Shown: piece by piece, positions 25,916 through 35,273 of the stretch
Layout: each line of letters starts with the position of its first letter
Position numbering within the stretch: the stretch's first letter is position 1
Origin: a virus
Lineage: Duplodnaviria > Caudoviricetes
Direction: 5' to 3' (one strand)
IMG/VR virus record: IMGVR_UViG_3300049486_000079
Location: 1 to 64,000 of that record
DNA length: 64,000 nucleotides
Notes under the pieces: generated by a model
What the model was told of the DNA's origin: nothing
Seen by the model: the letters and a program-made list of their open reading frames with translations, nothing else
Databases searched by the model: none
Made by a program: the position numbers and the translations under genes

Positions 25916-26286
25916 AGACCATCCCCGTTCGTCGATGTCCCTGACGCCAACTTCTGCACTCGGGCTACTGCGGGGTCTTCGCCGTCGAAATTTTGGAGAA
26001 GTACGTCTGCGACAGCTCTACCAATCTGTTTCTGCTTCCCGACTTCCCCTGATACTGCCGTTACGCGATCGGATGTAGAATTAACACGAACAGCCAAGTA
26101 GACAATGACAACTGACATCCCAAACAATAAAGCGACAAATATGCCGACGATTCGACGAAACAGCCGGATATCCCTCTGAGCGATAATCAAGAGATCTAAG
26201 AGCTGCTGAATCGGGCCGTCCAGTCGGCCGAAGGCTTCGATGAGACGTTCTACAGTTTCTTCATCGCGACGTGGGTTTTCGTCCAT
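25912..26286 (-). CDS. membrane protein
   Basis: IVGIFVALLFGMSVVIVYLAV. Confidence 0.6.
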   Translation of the reverse strand: MDENPRRDEETVERLIEAFGRLDGPIQQLLDLLIIAQRDIRLFRRIVGIFVALLFGMSVVIVYLAVRVNSTSDRVTAVSGEVGKQKQIGRAVADVLLQNFDGEDPAVARVQKLASGTSTNGDGL

Positions 26287-26495
26287 GGGCCCCTCTCTTG
26301 CTTAATCGCCTGAACCTCGATACTGATCTCGGAAAACTTGTCCTGAAGCACATCTAAGCTCTTAGACGTCCTGTCGAGCAGATCAAGCGTGCTCGACAGC
26401 GCTTCCTCTTGCTCTTTGGCCGCAGCTCGCCGAAGCTGCGTAGCGGGAAAAAGGCTATTGACCTTTTCGCGAAGACGCTTCAAGCAACGCATCAC
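26250..26495 (-). CDS. small coiled-coil protein
   Basis: Heptad pattern; overlaps neighbours. Confidence 0.45.
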   Translation of the reverse strand: MMRCLKRLREKVNSLFPATQLRRAAAKEQEEALSSTLDLLDRTSKSLDVLQDKFSEISIEVQAIKQERGPWTKTHVAMKKL

Positions 26496-26760
26496 GAACC
26501 TCCCACAGGTTGTCTTTGATCTCTTTGAGCAGATCTCTCTGAGCTTCCACGCTCATTAACTGAGAATGGATGACTTGATTCCATTTGTCGTTCAGCTCTA
26601 AGAGCTTCTGCGTAACGGCTTGAGCGTCGTAAGTTCGCTTGGCCTCTACTTCGCGAAGATCTCTATGGAGTTTCCAGGTATATAGCGCCAGTGCTGCGAG
26701 GACGGGGCCAAGGATACCGAGCTGGAGAAGTCCTTTAATGACATCCGCGTCTGCATCCAT
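26455..26760 (-). CDS. holin-like TM plus coiled-coil protein
   Basis: LLQLGILGPVLAALALYTW followed by a coiled coil. Confidence 0.45.
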   Translation of the reverse strand: MDADADVIKGLLQLGILGPVLAALALYTWKLHRDLREVEAKRTYDAQAVTQKLLELNDKWNQVIHSQLMSVEAQRDLLKEIKDNLWEVRDALLEASSRKGQ

Positions 26761-26770
26761 CCATAGGAGT

Positions 26771-27541
26771 CTACCACGCTTCCACGCGGTAAGTCGTCAC
26801 TCCACGGAGAGCGATCCCGGACTCGTAACGGTAGGTCAATATGACCTCTGAGCTGACAGCTACGACGCCATGAACATTCACACCGTCGAAACTGTACTCG
26901 ATAACATTAGCACCGCCCGTATTCACAATACGAATGTTGTGAGAGAAATGCGCTCCCAGCGTAGCACCCTCATGTTCACCAAGGCCCATAGGGGATCCGC
27001 TGGCGACCAGAGTTCCAACAGCAGTGGAGACTGTTGTCTGACCATGAGTGATATAAGGCGTAGGATAAACCGGCATCCCTCCGCCAAAAAAGAGATTCAC
27101 TCGCGGCTCTGGTAACTCAAGAGAGGTCGCTCCCGTGCCATTCGCCGTAGCGCCCACTCCTGCCAAAGCATTGATCGCAGCAGCTACTAGAGTCGCTGTA
27201 TTTGCCGCCGCGACAGGGTTATTCGAGCCGTCAATTGCAAGCGACACGATGATGTGCAGCCCTGTAGAGTCGAACGCAGCCGAAAGAGGCAGCGCTCCTC
27301 CAGACGTAGGAACACGAACCTCGATAGAGTAATTGTTGCCCGCAGGACCGGCCGAGTCCGCTGTAACAATTATCTGACCATTGACATCGGTTTTCGAGCC
27401 AATAATCGCCAACGCCCTATTTGCATTTCTGAACAAAAGAGCCGTGTCGTAGAAATTAGCTGTCGAGGTTCCTGTAGCATAAAAACGTAAGGACCGACGC
27501 CCCGACGCGGGACGAGGAGGCCACCCCAGCGGAAAAGCCAT
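26771..27541 (-). CDS. putative virion structural protein
   Basis: Gly/Ala/Thr-rich beta protein with a TATLVAAAINA module. Confidence 0.55.
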   Translation of the reverse strand: MAFPLGWPPRPASGRRSLRFYATGTSTANFYDTALLFRNANRALAIIGSKTDVNGQIIVTADSAGPAGNNYSIEVRVPTSGGALPLSAAFDSTGLHIIVSLAIDGSNNPVAAANTATLVAAAINALAGVGATANGTGATSLELPEPRVNLFFGGGMPVYPTPYITHGQTTVSTAVGTLVASGSPMGLGEHEGATLGAHFSHNIRIVNTGGANVIEYSFDGVNVHGVVAVSSEVILTYRYESGIALRGVTTYRVEAW

Positions 27542-27544
27542 CTA

Positions 27545-27994
27545 TTACTCCTGCTTCGTTTTCGGAAAGACCGGCTCGTACTGACCGGGACTGATAACGG
27601 CCATGGTCTCAATCCGAGGATCGTCTCCAAGGACAGTTTGGCCTATGATTTTATGAAGAAACATCGACAGGGCTGCCGTCCAAATCGACGCTATAGCCAA
27701 GGTCCCGAGTTGACGATTGGGCAACACCACTGCCCCCGGCAAAAGCACCAGAGACGCCGCTGCAATGAGGGGGTAAAAAGGCAAAAACCTAACGACCCAC
27801 TCGTTGTTCAGCACCACTTTCCCGAATGCCGTCGACCCGAGAATTTTCGGAACGAAATAAATCGCACCTGCCGCTAAGAACAGGTCGGTCTGAATGAGGT
27901 AATTGTAGACGCGATCCGTCGCCACGTCCGCAAGACTCACCGACATATCGGAAGATGTGCTCGATGCGACAAGAGACAACAGCGAAAGATCCAT
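27545..27994 (-). CDS. multi-TM protein, holin candidate
   Basis: Three hydrophobic helices; AAGGAG SD. Confidence 0.5.
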   Translation of the reverse strand: MDLSLLSLVASSTSSDMSVSLADVATDRVYNYLIQTDLFLAAGAIYFVPKILGSTAFGKVVLNNEWVVRFLPFYPLIAAASLVLLPGAVVLPNRQLGTLAIASIWTAALSMFLHKIIGQTVLGDDPRIETMAVISPGQYEPVFPKTKQE

Positions 27995-28009
27995 GTCGAC
28001 TCCTTTTCC

Positions 28010-28297
28010 CTAGTCTTCTGTCAGAAGACGGGGACCTCTGGTCTGATTATCTTCTGTTTTACGTAACACAGAATCGAAAGCCGCGCTGATGACCTGACCG
28101 ACTGTCATATTCTGACGGGATGCGTAGTCAGAAATCGCCCGATAGGTCGGCTCAGGGATCCCGATCATCACGACATTGGGAAGCCGATCTGCTTCGCTCT
28201 GGGAGACTGTAAAAGAATTATCAGGAATAGACTTCACAAAAACCTCGTTCTTTAGGTCTTTTCCGCAGGAACCAAAGGAGGGAGCTTGTAGCCCCAA
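28010..28297 (-). CDS. ribbon-helix-helix-like protein (start likely downstream)
   Basis: IGIPEPTYRAISDYASRQNMTVGQVISAAF. Confidence 0.5.
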   Translation of the reverse strand: MGLQAPSFGSCGKDLKNEVFVKSIPDNSFTVSQSEADRLPNVVMIGIPEPTYRAISDYASRQNMTVGQVISAAFDSVLRKTEDNQTRGPRLLTED

Positions 28298-28998
28298 GAA
28301 GTAGTATTATTGCCTTTGACAAACGCATCCATCGCTTGATTGCGCCCGGGGAACCGAACATTTCCTCCGTATTGAGCGATCTGAACAAAGCTAAGCTGAA
28401 CCGTCGCAGTTCTAGGAACACCGTTTGCGAAAAAGGACTCGTACGTCGCGTCGCATTGAGTCATAATAACTCTGACAATGTCGCCCGACGAACCGCCTGT
28501 CGTCCCGTCCTCTGCCCCTCCGATCAATCCAAGCCGGAGACCTGGAACAAAAAGACCCAGGCGCGCAGGTGGTGTAACAAAGGCCTCGCCTGTGCTGGGA
28601 TCCTTATAGGTCGGCAGAACATATCGACGTAACCAAACAACCGCTGCACGGATATCGACCACACGATGTTCCATGCCAAGCTTTTTCATTCGGTCGAACG
28701 GCGCCTTTTCCAGCGAGTCTCTATTAAAAAGAAGATCGCTTGAGAAAAAAGCACTGAACGAGATGAGGCGTTCGCCTCCAGAGATCCACTGGTAAATTGG
28801 AAGAGAGGCCCCTGGGACCGTCGTGCCTGCGTAGTTTACAGCTTTATTATCCTGAATCGTCTCAGGGAAATACTGGAATCTAAAGTGAGTCGTGCTATCG
28901 ACATTACCGTCAGGTGTCAGCTCAAACAGAGAGGCAGACGTCTTCTGCGCTAATGCAGCACTGCTCAATTTGTCCATCAGGCTACTGAGTCCTGCCAC
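28252..28998 (-). CDS. tail-tube initiator / CIS tube-like protein
   Basis: FQYFPETIQD...PIYQWISGGERLISF...GVPRTATVQLSF. Confidence 0.65.
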   Translation of the reverse strand: MAGLSSLMDKLSSAALAQKTSASLFELTPDGNVDSTTHFRFQYFPETIQDNKAVNYAGTTVPGASLPIYQWISGGERLISFSAFFSSDLLFNRDSLEKAPFDRMKKLGMEHRVVDIRAAVVWLRRYVLPTYKDPSTGEAFVTPPARLGLFVPGLRLGLIGGAEDGTTGGSSGDIVRVIMTQCDATYESFFANGVPRTATVQLSFVQIAQYGGNVRFPGRNQAMDAFVKGNNTTSWGYKLPPLVPAEKT

Positions 28999-29038
28999 AA
29001 CGCCTCCTCTCTGGGACGAGATTTACGCCTAAAAGAAT

Positions 29039-30028
29039 TCAGGCTCGATTGGCTTTTTCCCTGGCGGCGTATTTGCCCCCAGGATACTTCCCCAGGTGAC
29101 GCCGCTTGACCTTCAGCCAGCGCTTGTAAGCCTGATTATAGTGCTTCTTGTAGCCGACCTTGATTGTGATAGGATTGACCTCGCCTTTGCGGCCTCTGCA
29201 CATTTGCTTATAGGCAGAGATCTTTCGACAATCCCAATAATTCGTACGCCCGACAGTCCTCGTGCTCCTGGGCGCTTGTGAATCGCTCTTTGGAGCGCTC
29301 TTCTTGCCAGTCGTGCCCTTATGCGCAACTGCGGACTTAGGTGCTTCCTGTTTGCCTCCTGACGAGCGCTCTCTTGCCACAGCAGACTTGAGCGCGACTG
29401 CTGACTTATGAGGAGAGCCCTTCGACGAACTCGCCACGGTCGCTTTATGTGCGACCGCAGATTTCCCAGCAGGCACTGTACCTTTGTGGACAATGGCGGA
29501 CTTCTTTGCCGACACATCGGGCGCACGTCCAGAAGACGCTTCGTCGAGAGCCTCGGCGATCAACTGATCGAAGGCCGCCATCTCCGACTCGTTCTTACGG
29601 CTACCCTTCTCGGAATCGATCCTTCCGCCCCGCCATGGGCTGGTCCTATTCCGAAGAAGCGGGGTTCGGGTCGGGCCCATGCCCCGAAGGCGTTTCATGG
29701 GGCTCTTGACCTTATTATTAGACCCTGCCCAATAATGCAGGCGGTACTTGGACCGATGGGTCTCTCGGGTGCCGCTGTCGCTTCCTCGGGGAGCCCGGCG
29801 CTTTTCGGAAGGAGGAGCCTTCTTCTCGGACTTCCCCTTCTTGCCTTTGCTCTTTTTGCCTTTAGCGACTTTTCCAGGCATCTCCTTGTTGGGACGCCGT
29901 AAGCGCTGGGCCTGAGCAGCCTTCAGCCCCTGCCCCTGCATGCGAGCCCGTGCCTTGTACTGACGAGTTGCTTCGTCCAGCACCTCATCGAGCCCCGCCA
30001 ACTCTGAGGCGATGTCTTCCCAAGCCAT
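29039..30028 (-). CDS. highly basic protein, putative internal protein
   Basis: LDE followed by basic blocks; KSAxxHK repeats; C-terminal W.C......C motif shared with 30031..30573. Confidence 0.6.
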   Translation of the reverse strand: MAWEDIASELAGLDEVLDEATRQYKARARMQGQGLKAAQAQRLRRPNKEMPGKVAKGKKSKGKKGKSEKKAPPSEKRRAPRGSDSGTRETHRSKYRLHYWAGSNNKVKSPMKRLRGMGPTRTPLLRNRTSPWRGGRIDSEKGSRKNESEMAAFDQLIAEALDEASSGRAPDVSAKKSAIVHKGTVPAGKSAVAHKATVASSSKGSPHKSAVALKSAVARERSSGGKQEAPKSAVAHKGTTGKKSAPKSDSQAPRSTRTVGRTNYWDCRKISAYKQMCRGRKGEVNPITIKVGYKKHYNQAYKRWLKVKRRHLGKYPGGKYAAREKANRA

Positions 30029-30030
30029 GA

Positions 30031-30573
30031 CTAACCCCTTTTCGCAGCAACCCAGCGCTTATACTCGCGGTTATAGCGAGCCTTGTAGTCAGGGTCGATA
30101 TGAATCTTTAAGGTGCGCCCCTTAGTCTCCGGCGCAATGCCCTTACAGACGTAGTTATAGTTAGAACCACTGCATTTCCAGCGTTGCTTGCGGGCCATCG
30201 TATCGCCTCGGGGACCTGGCCCAAGGCGCTTCTTGTTCGAGAAGGGGTTATGCTCGCTAGACTTTTTCTTCTTTGAGGAGGTCTCTTCTGCCAGAAGAGA
30301 CTCGATCTCGCGGATACAGGACCGTACGGTCTCATGGACGGAGTTGGGGCGTTCAATGAACGTACCCAAACGCGCCCATCCACGATCAAGGGTCAGAATC
30401 TCCAATCCAAATCGAATTGAGGGATCCTCAAAAGATAAAGACTCTTCCCTGATCGCAGTCGTTCCCTCAAGATCCCACCCTACACGAATAGAATCAGAAC
30501 TAAAATCGAGAATACGTCCCCGATTTCCTTGCTGGTCTCGAATACACGCGCCCTTGAGGTACGACTCAAGCAT
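30031..30573 (-). CDS. protein with basic C-terminal domain related to 29039..30028
   Basis: WKCSGSNYNYVCKG...YKARYNREYKRW vs WDCRKISAYKQMCRG...YKKHYNQAYKRW. Confidence 0.6.
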   Translation of the reverse strand: MLESYLKGACIRDQQGNRGRILDFSSDSIRVGWDLEGTTAIREESLSFEDPSIRFGLEILTLDRGWARLGTFIERPNSVHETVRSCIREIESLLAEETSSKKKKSSEHNPFSNKKRLGPGPRGDTMARKQRWKCSGSNYNYVCKGIAPETKGRTLKIHIDPDYKARYNREYKRWVAAKRG

Positions 30574-30579
30574 AAAACC

Positions 30580-30939
30580 TCACATCGCAACCGTCGAAGG
30601 AAGCTCTTCGACGTTCGCGTCCCATATGACCGCCTCTACTTGATAAATATCGACCAAGCGATCAGCGACAGAGGCGTCTTTTTTAAGAAGCCAGTCAATT
30701 CGACCTGTTCTGTTAGGATTGACGAGAAGAAAATTGACAATCTCTTTGGTCTCTTTACTGCGAATAAGGCCAATAAAGGCGCCCTGCTGAACACGCTTCA
30801 AAATAGCCCGAGACTGATCGCTTTTCGATGTAGAAAACCGGGTACAGAGATCGTCCCAGGAACAAGAGACAGGAGGGTCCCTCGTAGGAACGATCCTGTC
30901 CGCGAGCAAACGACAATGCTGTATAACAAAAGAAGCCAT
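30580..30939 (-). CDS. hypothetical protein
   Basis: 119-aa ORF in the operon. Confidence 0.55.
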   Translation of the reverse strand: MASFVIQHCRLLADRIVPTRDPPVSCSWDDLCTRFSTSKSDQSRAILKRVQQGAFIGLIRSKETKEIVNFLLVNPNRTGRIDWLLKKDASVADRLVDIYQVEAVIWDANVEELPSTVAM

Positions 30940-30942
30940 GGT

Positions 30943-30976
30943 AAAAAAGGCGAACGCCCCTCATCGGAGCGTTCGC
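30943..30976 (-). terminator. intrinsic terminator
   Basis: GCGAACGCUCC-GAUGA-GGGGCGUUCGC followed by CUUUUUU. Confidence 0.8.
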
Positions 30977-30985
30977 TCCTCGAAC

Positions 30986-31303
30986 TTAGATGAGATCGAT
31001 GAAGAGTTCTTCGTTGTCTGTCCGGTTGGCCTCGGCAGCAACCGCGAGCGTCACTTTGCCCGCCGCCACGAGCCCGTTCCACTGATCCTTCGGCTCGAAG
31101 GGCACCCAAGGGACCGACTTGTAGCGCCAATCGGAAGGGTGCATGGGGAGCTGCTTCGTACCCGCCGCAGCGAGCGCCCCAATGTGACCAAAGGGGTAAG
31201 GAAGCGGGTACTTCCGGGCACCGCCCGTAGCCCCCGAACCTCCATCATGGACATCGAGATCATTCATCGTCGCACCAGACGTATTTGTCACTGTAACAAG
31301 CAC
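30986..31303 (-). CDS. hypothetical, probably a highly expressed virion protein
   Basis: Own promoter, AGGAGG SD and terminator. Confidence 0.65.
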   Translation of the reverse strand: MLVTVTNTSGATMNDLDVHDGGSGATGGARKYPLPYPFGHIGALAAAGTKQLPMHPSDWRYKSVPWVPFEPKDQWNGLVAAGKVTLAVAAEANRTDNEELFIDLI

Positions 31304-31351
31304 GGTATTTCCTCCTAGGAAGGCTAGACCGAATAGGCTTCGGCAGCATCC

Positions 31352-31380
31352 AGCCTAATGGTAAAACGCCTTCGAGTCAA
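31352..31380 (-). promoter_or_regulatory. sigma70-type promoter
   Basis: TTGACT-N17-TAGGCT. Confidence 0.7.
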
Positions 31381-31428
31381 GCTGACGTAACAGTTGTAGT
31401 CCCTACGGCATATCTGCATTAAGGACAT

Positions 31429-31836
31429 TTAATCGCCGACTAAACCGACAATCACATCCATGTCGACGCTGCCCATGTTGCTCGCATAAAGCGCAGTCAG
31501 TCCTGTGGTGCTGATCAGAAGATGGCCTTCCTTCGTTCCGGAAAGCGGAATAATCCGTAACTGCTCCCCGACCACTGTATTAAAGCGGATCCGAATTTCT
31601 ACAGGAGTCATCGTAGGATCTTTGGAGCTGGTTCGGATAAGCAGAAATTTCGCATCAGCAACCGAGGCCATATCAAGAGGGATATCGACAGCACCTCCCG
31701 GCACCACGTTTTTTCGAATCCCTCCCTCGTTCGACCCGTCAGTCACAACCTCGTACCGAACATTCGCGAGATCTTTTTCTTCAGCAGAAGTTGAAGAAGC
31801 AGCATAGGAAATGTTGTAACGCGCACGCACTGCCAT
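31429..31836 (-). CDS. putative virion protein
   Basis: AGGAGG SD; beta-rich. Confidence 0.6.
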   Translation of the reverse strand: MAVRARYNISYAASSTSAEEKDLANVRYEVVTDGSNEGGIRKNVVPGGAVDIPLDMASVADAKFLLIRTSSKDPTMTPVEIRIRFNTVVGEQLRIIPLSGTKEGHLLISTTGLTALYASNMGSVDMDVIVGLVGD

Positions 31837-31864
31837 AAAATACCTCCTACCCTAAGGAGCAGTG

Positions 31865-34099
31865 TTATAGCTCCACGGTAACGTAGCTATATGAAAGCAC
31901 GATGTTGTTAACCCGTATTTCAGCACCACCGCTCCCAGTAAGCTGAAGGTAATATGCGTACAATGAGTTATCTACCACATTATTCTGATCAAAAGTAATA
32001 GTCGTGGTGGTAAAGGTAAGAATACTGCCTGTGTCAGTCAGCGACGGCACAGAAGAAGCCAACAAGCTGGGGCTAGAAATTGTACGATTTTCTCTGACAG
32101 GCTGGATTCCGGACGAGCCGCCTCCAGTTGTATATCCGTACGATATGTTTGCAGAAAGAAGAGTTGCCCCATCCGGCGCGTGTAACGGATATACCCAGTT
32201 CCACGGGTTTCCTCCGAGATCGCTGCGTACATGAACAATACTCGGAACAAAATTGGCAGTAGTCGCAATATCGACAGCCTCGTTGCCACTGATAGCAGAA
32301 ACAGACGTCTTAGGGGAATTGTAAGTATAGTCGCCCTCGGCAATGAAGTCGGTACCTGCGTGATAATGCCCCGAGGTGTACTGATCCCCTGACGCGAGGT
32401 TGTACGTCCCTTTATGCGTCCAGTCGGTCGGAGATCCGGTAGCCGTATCGTCCCAATCCCCTGCGACCGCAGCTCGCCAGAAGAAATAGATCAGGTTATG
32501 CGTTACCTGAATCTTCATCGAGGGAGATCCAGGCCCGTCCAGTTTACTCCACTGGACGCCGTTCCACCCCGCATTAAAGAGTATTTCAAACGCATCACTC
32601 TCGCCGAAAGTCGCGTTCGTGGCACGGTACGTCCGCATCTTCTGATTCGAAGTGCCTGTTGCAGGATCCGACTGAAGTAGCCCTGTCCGGCCCACCCCTG
32701 CTTTATAAAAAGGAGCGACAATCCGGGGCAGCAACGCATTTGCGGCAGAATCCAGGAGAAGACTCCCTAAGAAAGTCTGTGCTCTGAACTGGACATTATT
32801 CCCTGTGAACGATGTAAAAAATGGATTCGAGGTCCACCCTGCGGCTCCGATGATGTTGTCGTCCCATGTGCTCACCCCCGCAGGGCGCGCGTACATAACA
32901 ATTCTTTCATCAGAGATCGAAAACTTCGAGGAATACCGAGCCGTGTCGTCCTTGGTCCAAAACCCCGCACCGTCCGAATACGCGTTTACTGTAAAAATGA
33001 TATTCGCAAAGCTGTCGAGATATATACGGACGTACATGGGCGTCGCTGTATTGAGCTTGAACTGCCCAAGTAACGTATGAGACGACGTGCCTGACGGAGC
33101 CCCTTCGGCCTCGACGCGTGGCAACAACGAATTCGCGAGGGTACCTAAAAGGCCGTCCCCTAGCTTAAGCCTATTGAGAAAGCCACGAGACCAGCGCACA
33201 AGAGCCGATCCAAGATTAAGCGTGTCGGTCGGCTCAGGGATAATATCGCCCTGCATCGTCTGGGAGCCGTCCCTCGCAAGCTTCCCATCCTCGACATCTC
33301 CAATACGCTCCAAAGCCTCAGGATACAAAAGACCATGCCCGTCAAGAGAGGCCCACGGTCGATCTGTGACAGCCGGATCCGGTGCGTCGGTAATCCCGAT
33401 TTTTTCAATGACAGAAGTCGTAAATGTCGAATCCGCACTCGTAACTACAATTCTACCACAGCGCAGCAAGTGCGGATGGGCTACAAGCTCTGACGCATCG
33501 ACAATCTTGGCCTCGGCTGTTGTGTTGACCGCAAGCCTGTAATCTACGTCGAGAACCGCAAAAAGCGTATATCGGACAGAATAAGTGCCGCCCGTCTCAG
33601 ACGCCGCTGCTGTCGCATTCGTAATCCATGCCTCAGTCGCAGAAGGCACGTTTGTGATCGTAAAGGTGCCGTTGAATCCGGGCGTCAGGAATCCTGCGAG
33701 GATCAGCTCCTGCCCGATCATCTGCGAGGTCATGCCTGCAAGGCTGGTGATCTTGAGCTGTCCCGTCGCAGGAGCGATCGGATCGACTTGAGGACTCGCT
33801 CCTCCAGGAATTGGAAAAATGCTGGTCGTTGTAACCTGAAGATCGCTCGTCACGACCAAAGTCGTCGTAACATCGTCATTCCGATCTTCAAGCACCGCAA
33901 TGGAGTCCCCGGTGCCAGAGTCCACTTCTAAGCGGATCGACGCTGAAGGAACCACGGTCTGCTTGAGGTCGAACCCTCGGTAAATACCCTTAGGTACGAC
34001 TCCGAAGTCCTTCTGGTTGACGCCTTTCGTAATAAAAGGCTCCTTCCAACGAAGTTTGACGGAATCTTGTGAAATCGTTTGAGACCCTAAAACGCTCAT
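31865..34099 (-). CDS. tail fibre-like protein
   Basis: 744 aa; LARDGSQTMQGD fibre motif; internally duplicated domain; follows baseplate genes. Confidence 0.65.
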   Translation of the reverse strand: MSVLGSQTISQDSVKLRWKEPFITKGVNQKDFGVVPKGIYRGFDLKQTVVPSASIRLEVDSGTGDSIAVLEDRNDDVTTTLVVTSDLQVTTTSIFPIPGGASPQVDPIAPATGQLKITSLAGMTSQMIGQELILAGFLTPGFNGTFTITNVPSATEAWITNATAAASETGGTYSVRYTLFAVLDVDYRLAVNTTAEAKIVDASELVAHPHLLRCGRIVVTSADSTFTTSVIEKIGITDAPDPAVTDRPWASLDGHGLLYPEALERIGDVEDGKLARDGSQTMQGDIIPEPTDTLNLGSALVRWSRGFLNRLKLGDGLLGTLANSLLPRVEAEGAPSGTSSHTLLGQFKLNTATPMYVRIYLDSFANIIFTVNAYSDGAGFWTKDDTARYSSKFSISDERIVMYARPAGVSTWDDNIIGAAGWTSNPFFTSFTGNNVQFRAQTFLGSLLLDSAANALLPRIVAPFYKAGVGRTGLLQSDPATGTSNQKMRTYRATNATFGESDAFEILFNAGWNGVQWSKLDGPGSPSMKIQVTHNLIYFFWRAAVAGDWDDTATGSPTDWTHKGTYNLASGDQYTSGHYHAGTDFIAEGDYTYNSPKTSVSAISGNEAVDIATTANFVPSIVHVRSDLGGNPWNWVYPLHAPDGATLLSANISYGYTTGGGSSGIQPVRENRTISSPSLLASSVPSLTDTGSILTFTTTTITFDQNNVVDNSLYAYYLQLTGSGGAEIRVNNIVLSYSYVTVEL

Positions 34100-34108
34100 A
34101 AAATCACC

Positions 34109-34858
34109 TCAAAAAGCCACATCGATATATGTCTCAAACGGACGGGCTCCCGTCTTTGTCACTTTCGGGAAGGTACCGTAGACCATCATCAAAGATCGAT
34201 TGCTCGTTGCCCAGGTCAAAGAAGTCGCTTCGACAGCCGATCCTACATTGGCATTTGTAACCGTCACGCTCGTAGCACTGATATAAGACGCGATCGTAAA
34301 GGTGCCGTTGTTTGCCGAATTAGGCGAGTTAAAAAGAGAAAGCGTCGACCCGATGTCAGTCGGCACCATCCCGGAAAGACCCGTGATCGTAAAAGTAGGA
34401 GTCGCCCCTGCGCTATAAACAGCGGCAGTGCCTCCCTGGAGGTGCCCGTACAGCCCGATCTCCCAGATTTGAGGTGCGTTCCCGAAGCCGTCGTTGTTGA
34501 ACTCGACCGCATCGACCAAACAACGCACCCGAAGAACAGAGGGCGAGACAAACGTAAAGTCGGCGTTCGTCAGCGTTTTTTCAAAATAACCTCTAGAGTC
34601 TGAGGCATAACGTTGGTCTGCAACAGCACGAGTCGCGTCGACAATCGCGTCGATTTCTTGGTTCAATGGAGAGCTAAGTCTTCGCAAGTCAGGTTGCGGC
34701 TCACGAGGAATAGCGCCGGATCCGTCGTCGATCCAACCGCCTTCGCCTACCTTAAAACGAGTCGGACGGAACAACTCGTTGTCCTGTACGTTTCCGAGAT
34801 ACTGCGCAAAATACTTGCGAGCATCGTCGGTCATCACCGCTCTGATAATCCCTGCCAT
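34109..34858 (-). CDS. baseplate/tail-fibre attachment protein
   Basis: MTDDARKY...FKVGEGG...IWEIGLY...YGTFPKVTK resembles a tail-collar/fibre N-terminal domain. Confidence 0.6.
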   Translation of the reverse strand: MAGIIRAVMTDDARKYFAQYLGNVQDNELFRPTRFKVGEGGWIDDGSGAIPREPQPDLRRLSSPLNQEIDAIVDATRAVADQRYASDSRGYFEKTLTNADFTFVSPSVLRVRCLVDAVEFNNDGFGNAPQIWEIGLYGHLQGGTAAVYSAGATPTFTITGLSGMVPTDIGSTLSLFNSPNSANNGTFTIASYISATSVTVTNANVGSAVEATSLTWATSNRSLMMVYGTFPKVTKTGARPFETYIDVAF

Positions 34859-34862
34859 AATA

Positions 34863-35267
34863 TTACTGAAGCGTGATCACGAGGTTGTTCGCCGGAATTG
34901 TAAACGTGTCAAGATTGTTGACAGTTTTCGGCACAGCCAGGGCTCCGTAAAACAGAGGGTTATTCAGATGATCGAACACTACCACGTGTGTAATGGGACC
35001 GGCCCACGCGCCTCCTGCTGTAGGAAACGTGATAATATTCAAATTCTGTGTCGATCCTGTAGGACTGGGATTCGACCAGCTCGCGCCTCCGACGGGATAC
35101 GAAACCCGCGCGTAGTTAGTCCCCACGACCTCAGCACCACCGGTCAAGTCATCACCAGGATTTCCAACCCAAAGACCGATGTTTACGCTCGTCGGCTGCG
35201 TAAGAGCCGCCGATCGAAAAAGATAATTGAGGGCACCTTGTTCAAGGAAATCCGTCATTGCGCTCAT
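34863..35267 (-). CDS. phage tail fibre-associated protein
   Basis: AEVVGTNYARVS...ITFPTAGGAW..ITHVVVFD...LFYGAL. Confidence 0.65.
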   Translation of the reverse strand: MSAMTDFLEQGALNYLFRSAALTQPTSVNIGLWVGNPGDDLTGGAEVVGTNYARVSYPVGGASWSNPSPTGSTQNLNIITFPTAGGAWAGPITHVVVFDHLNNPLFYGALAVPKTVNNLDTFTIPANNLVITLQ

Positions 35268-35273
35268 AAAACC

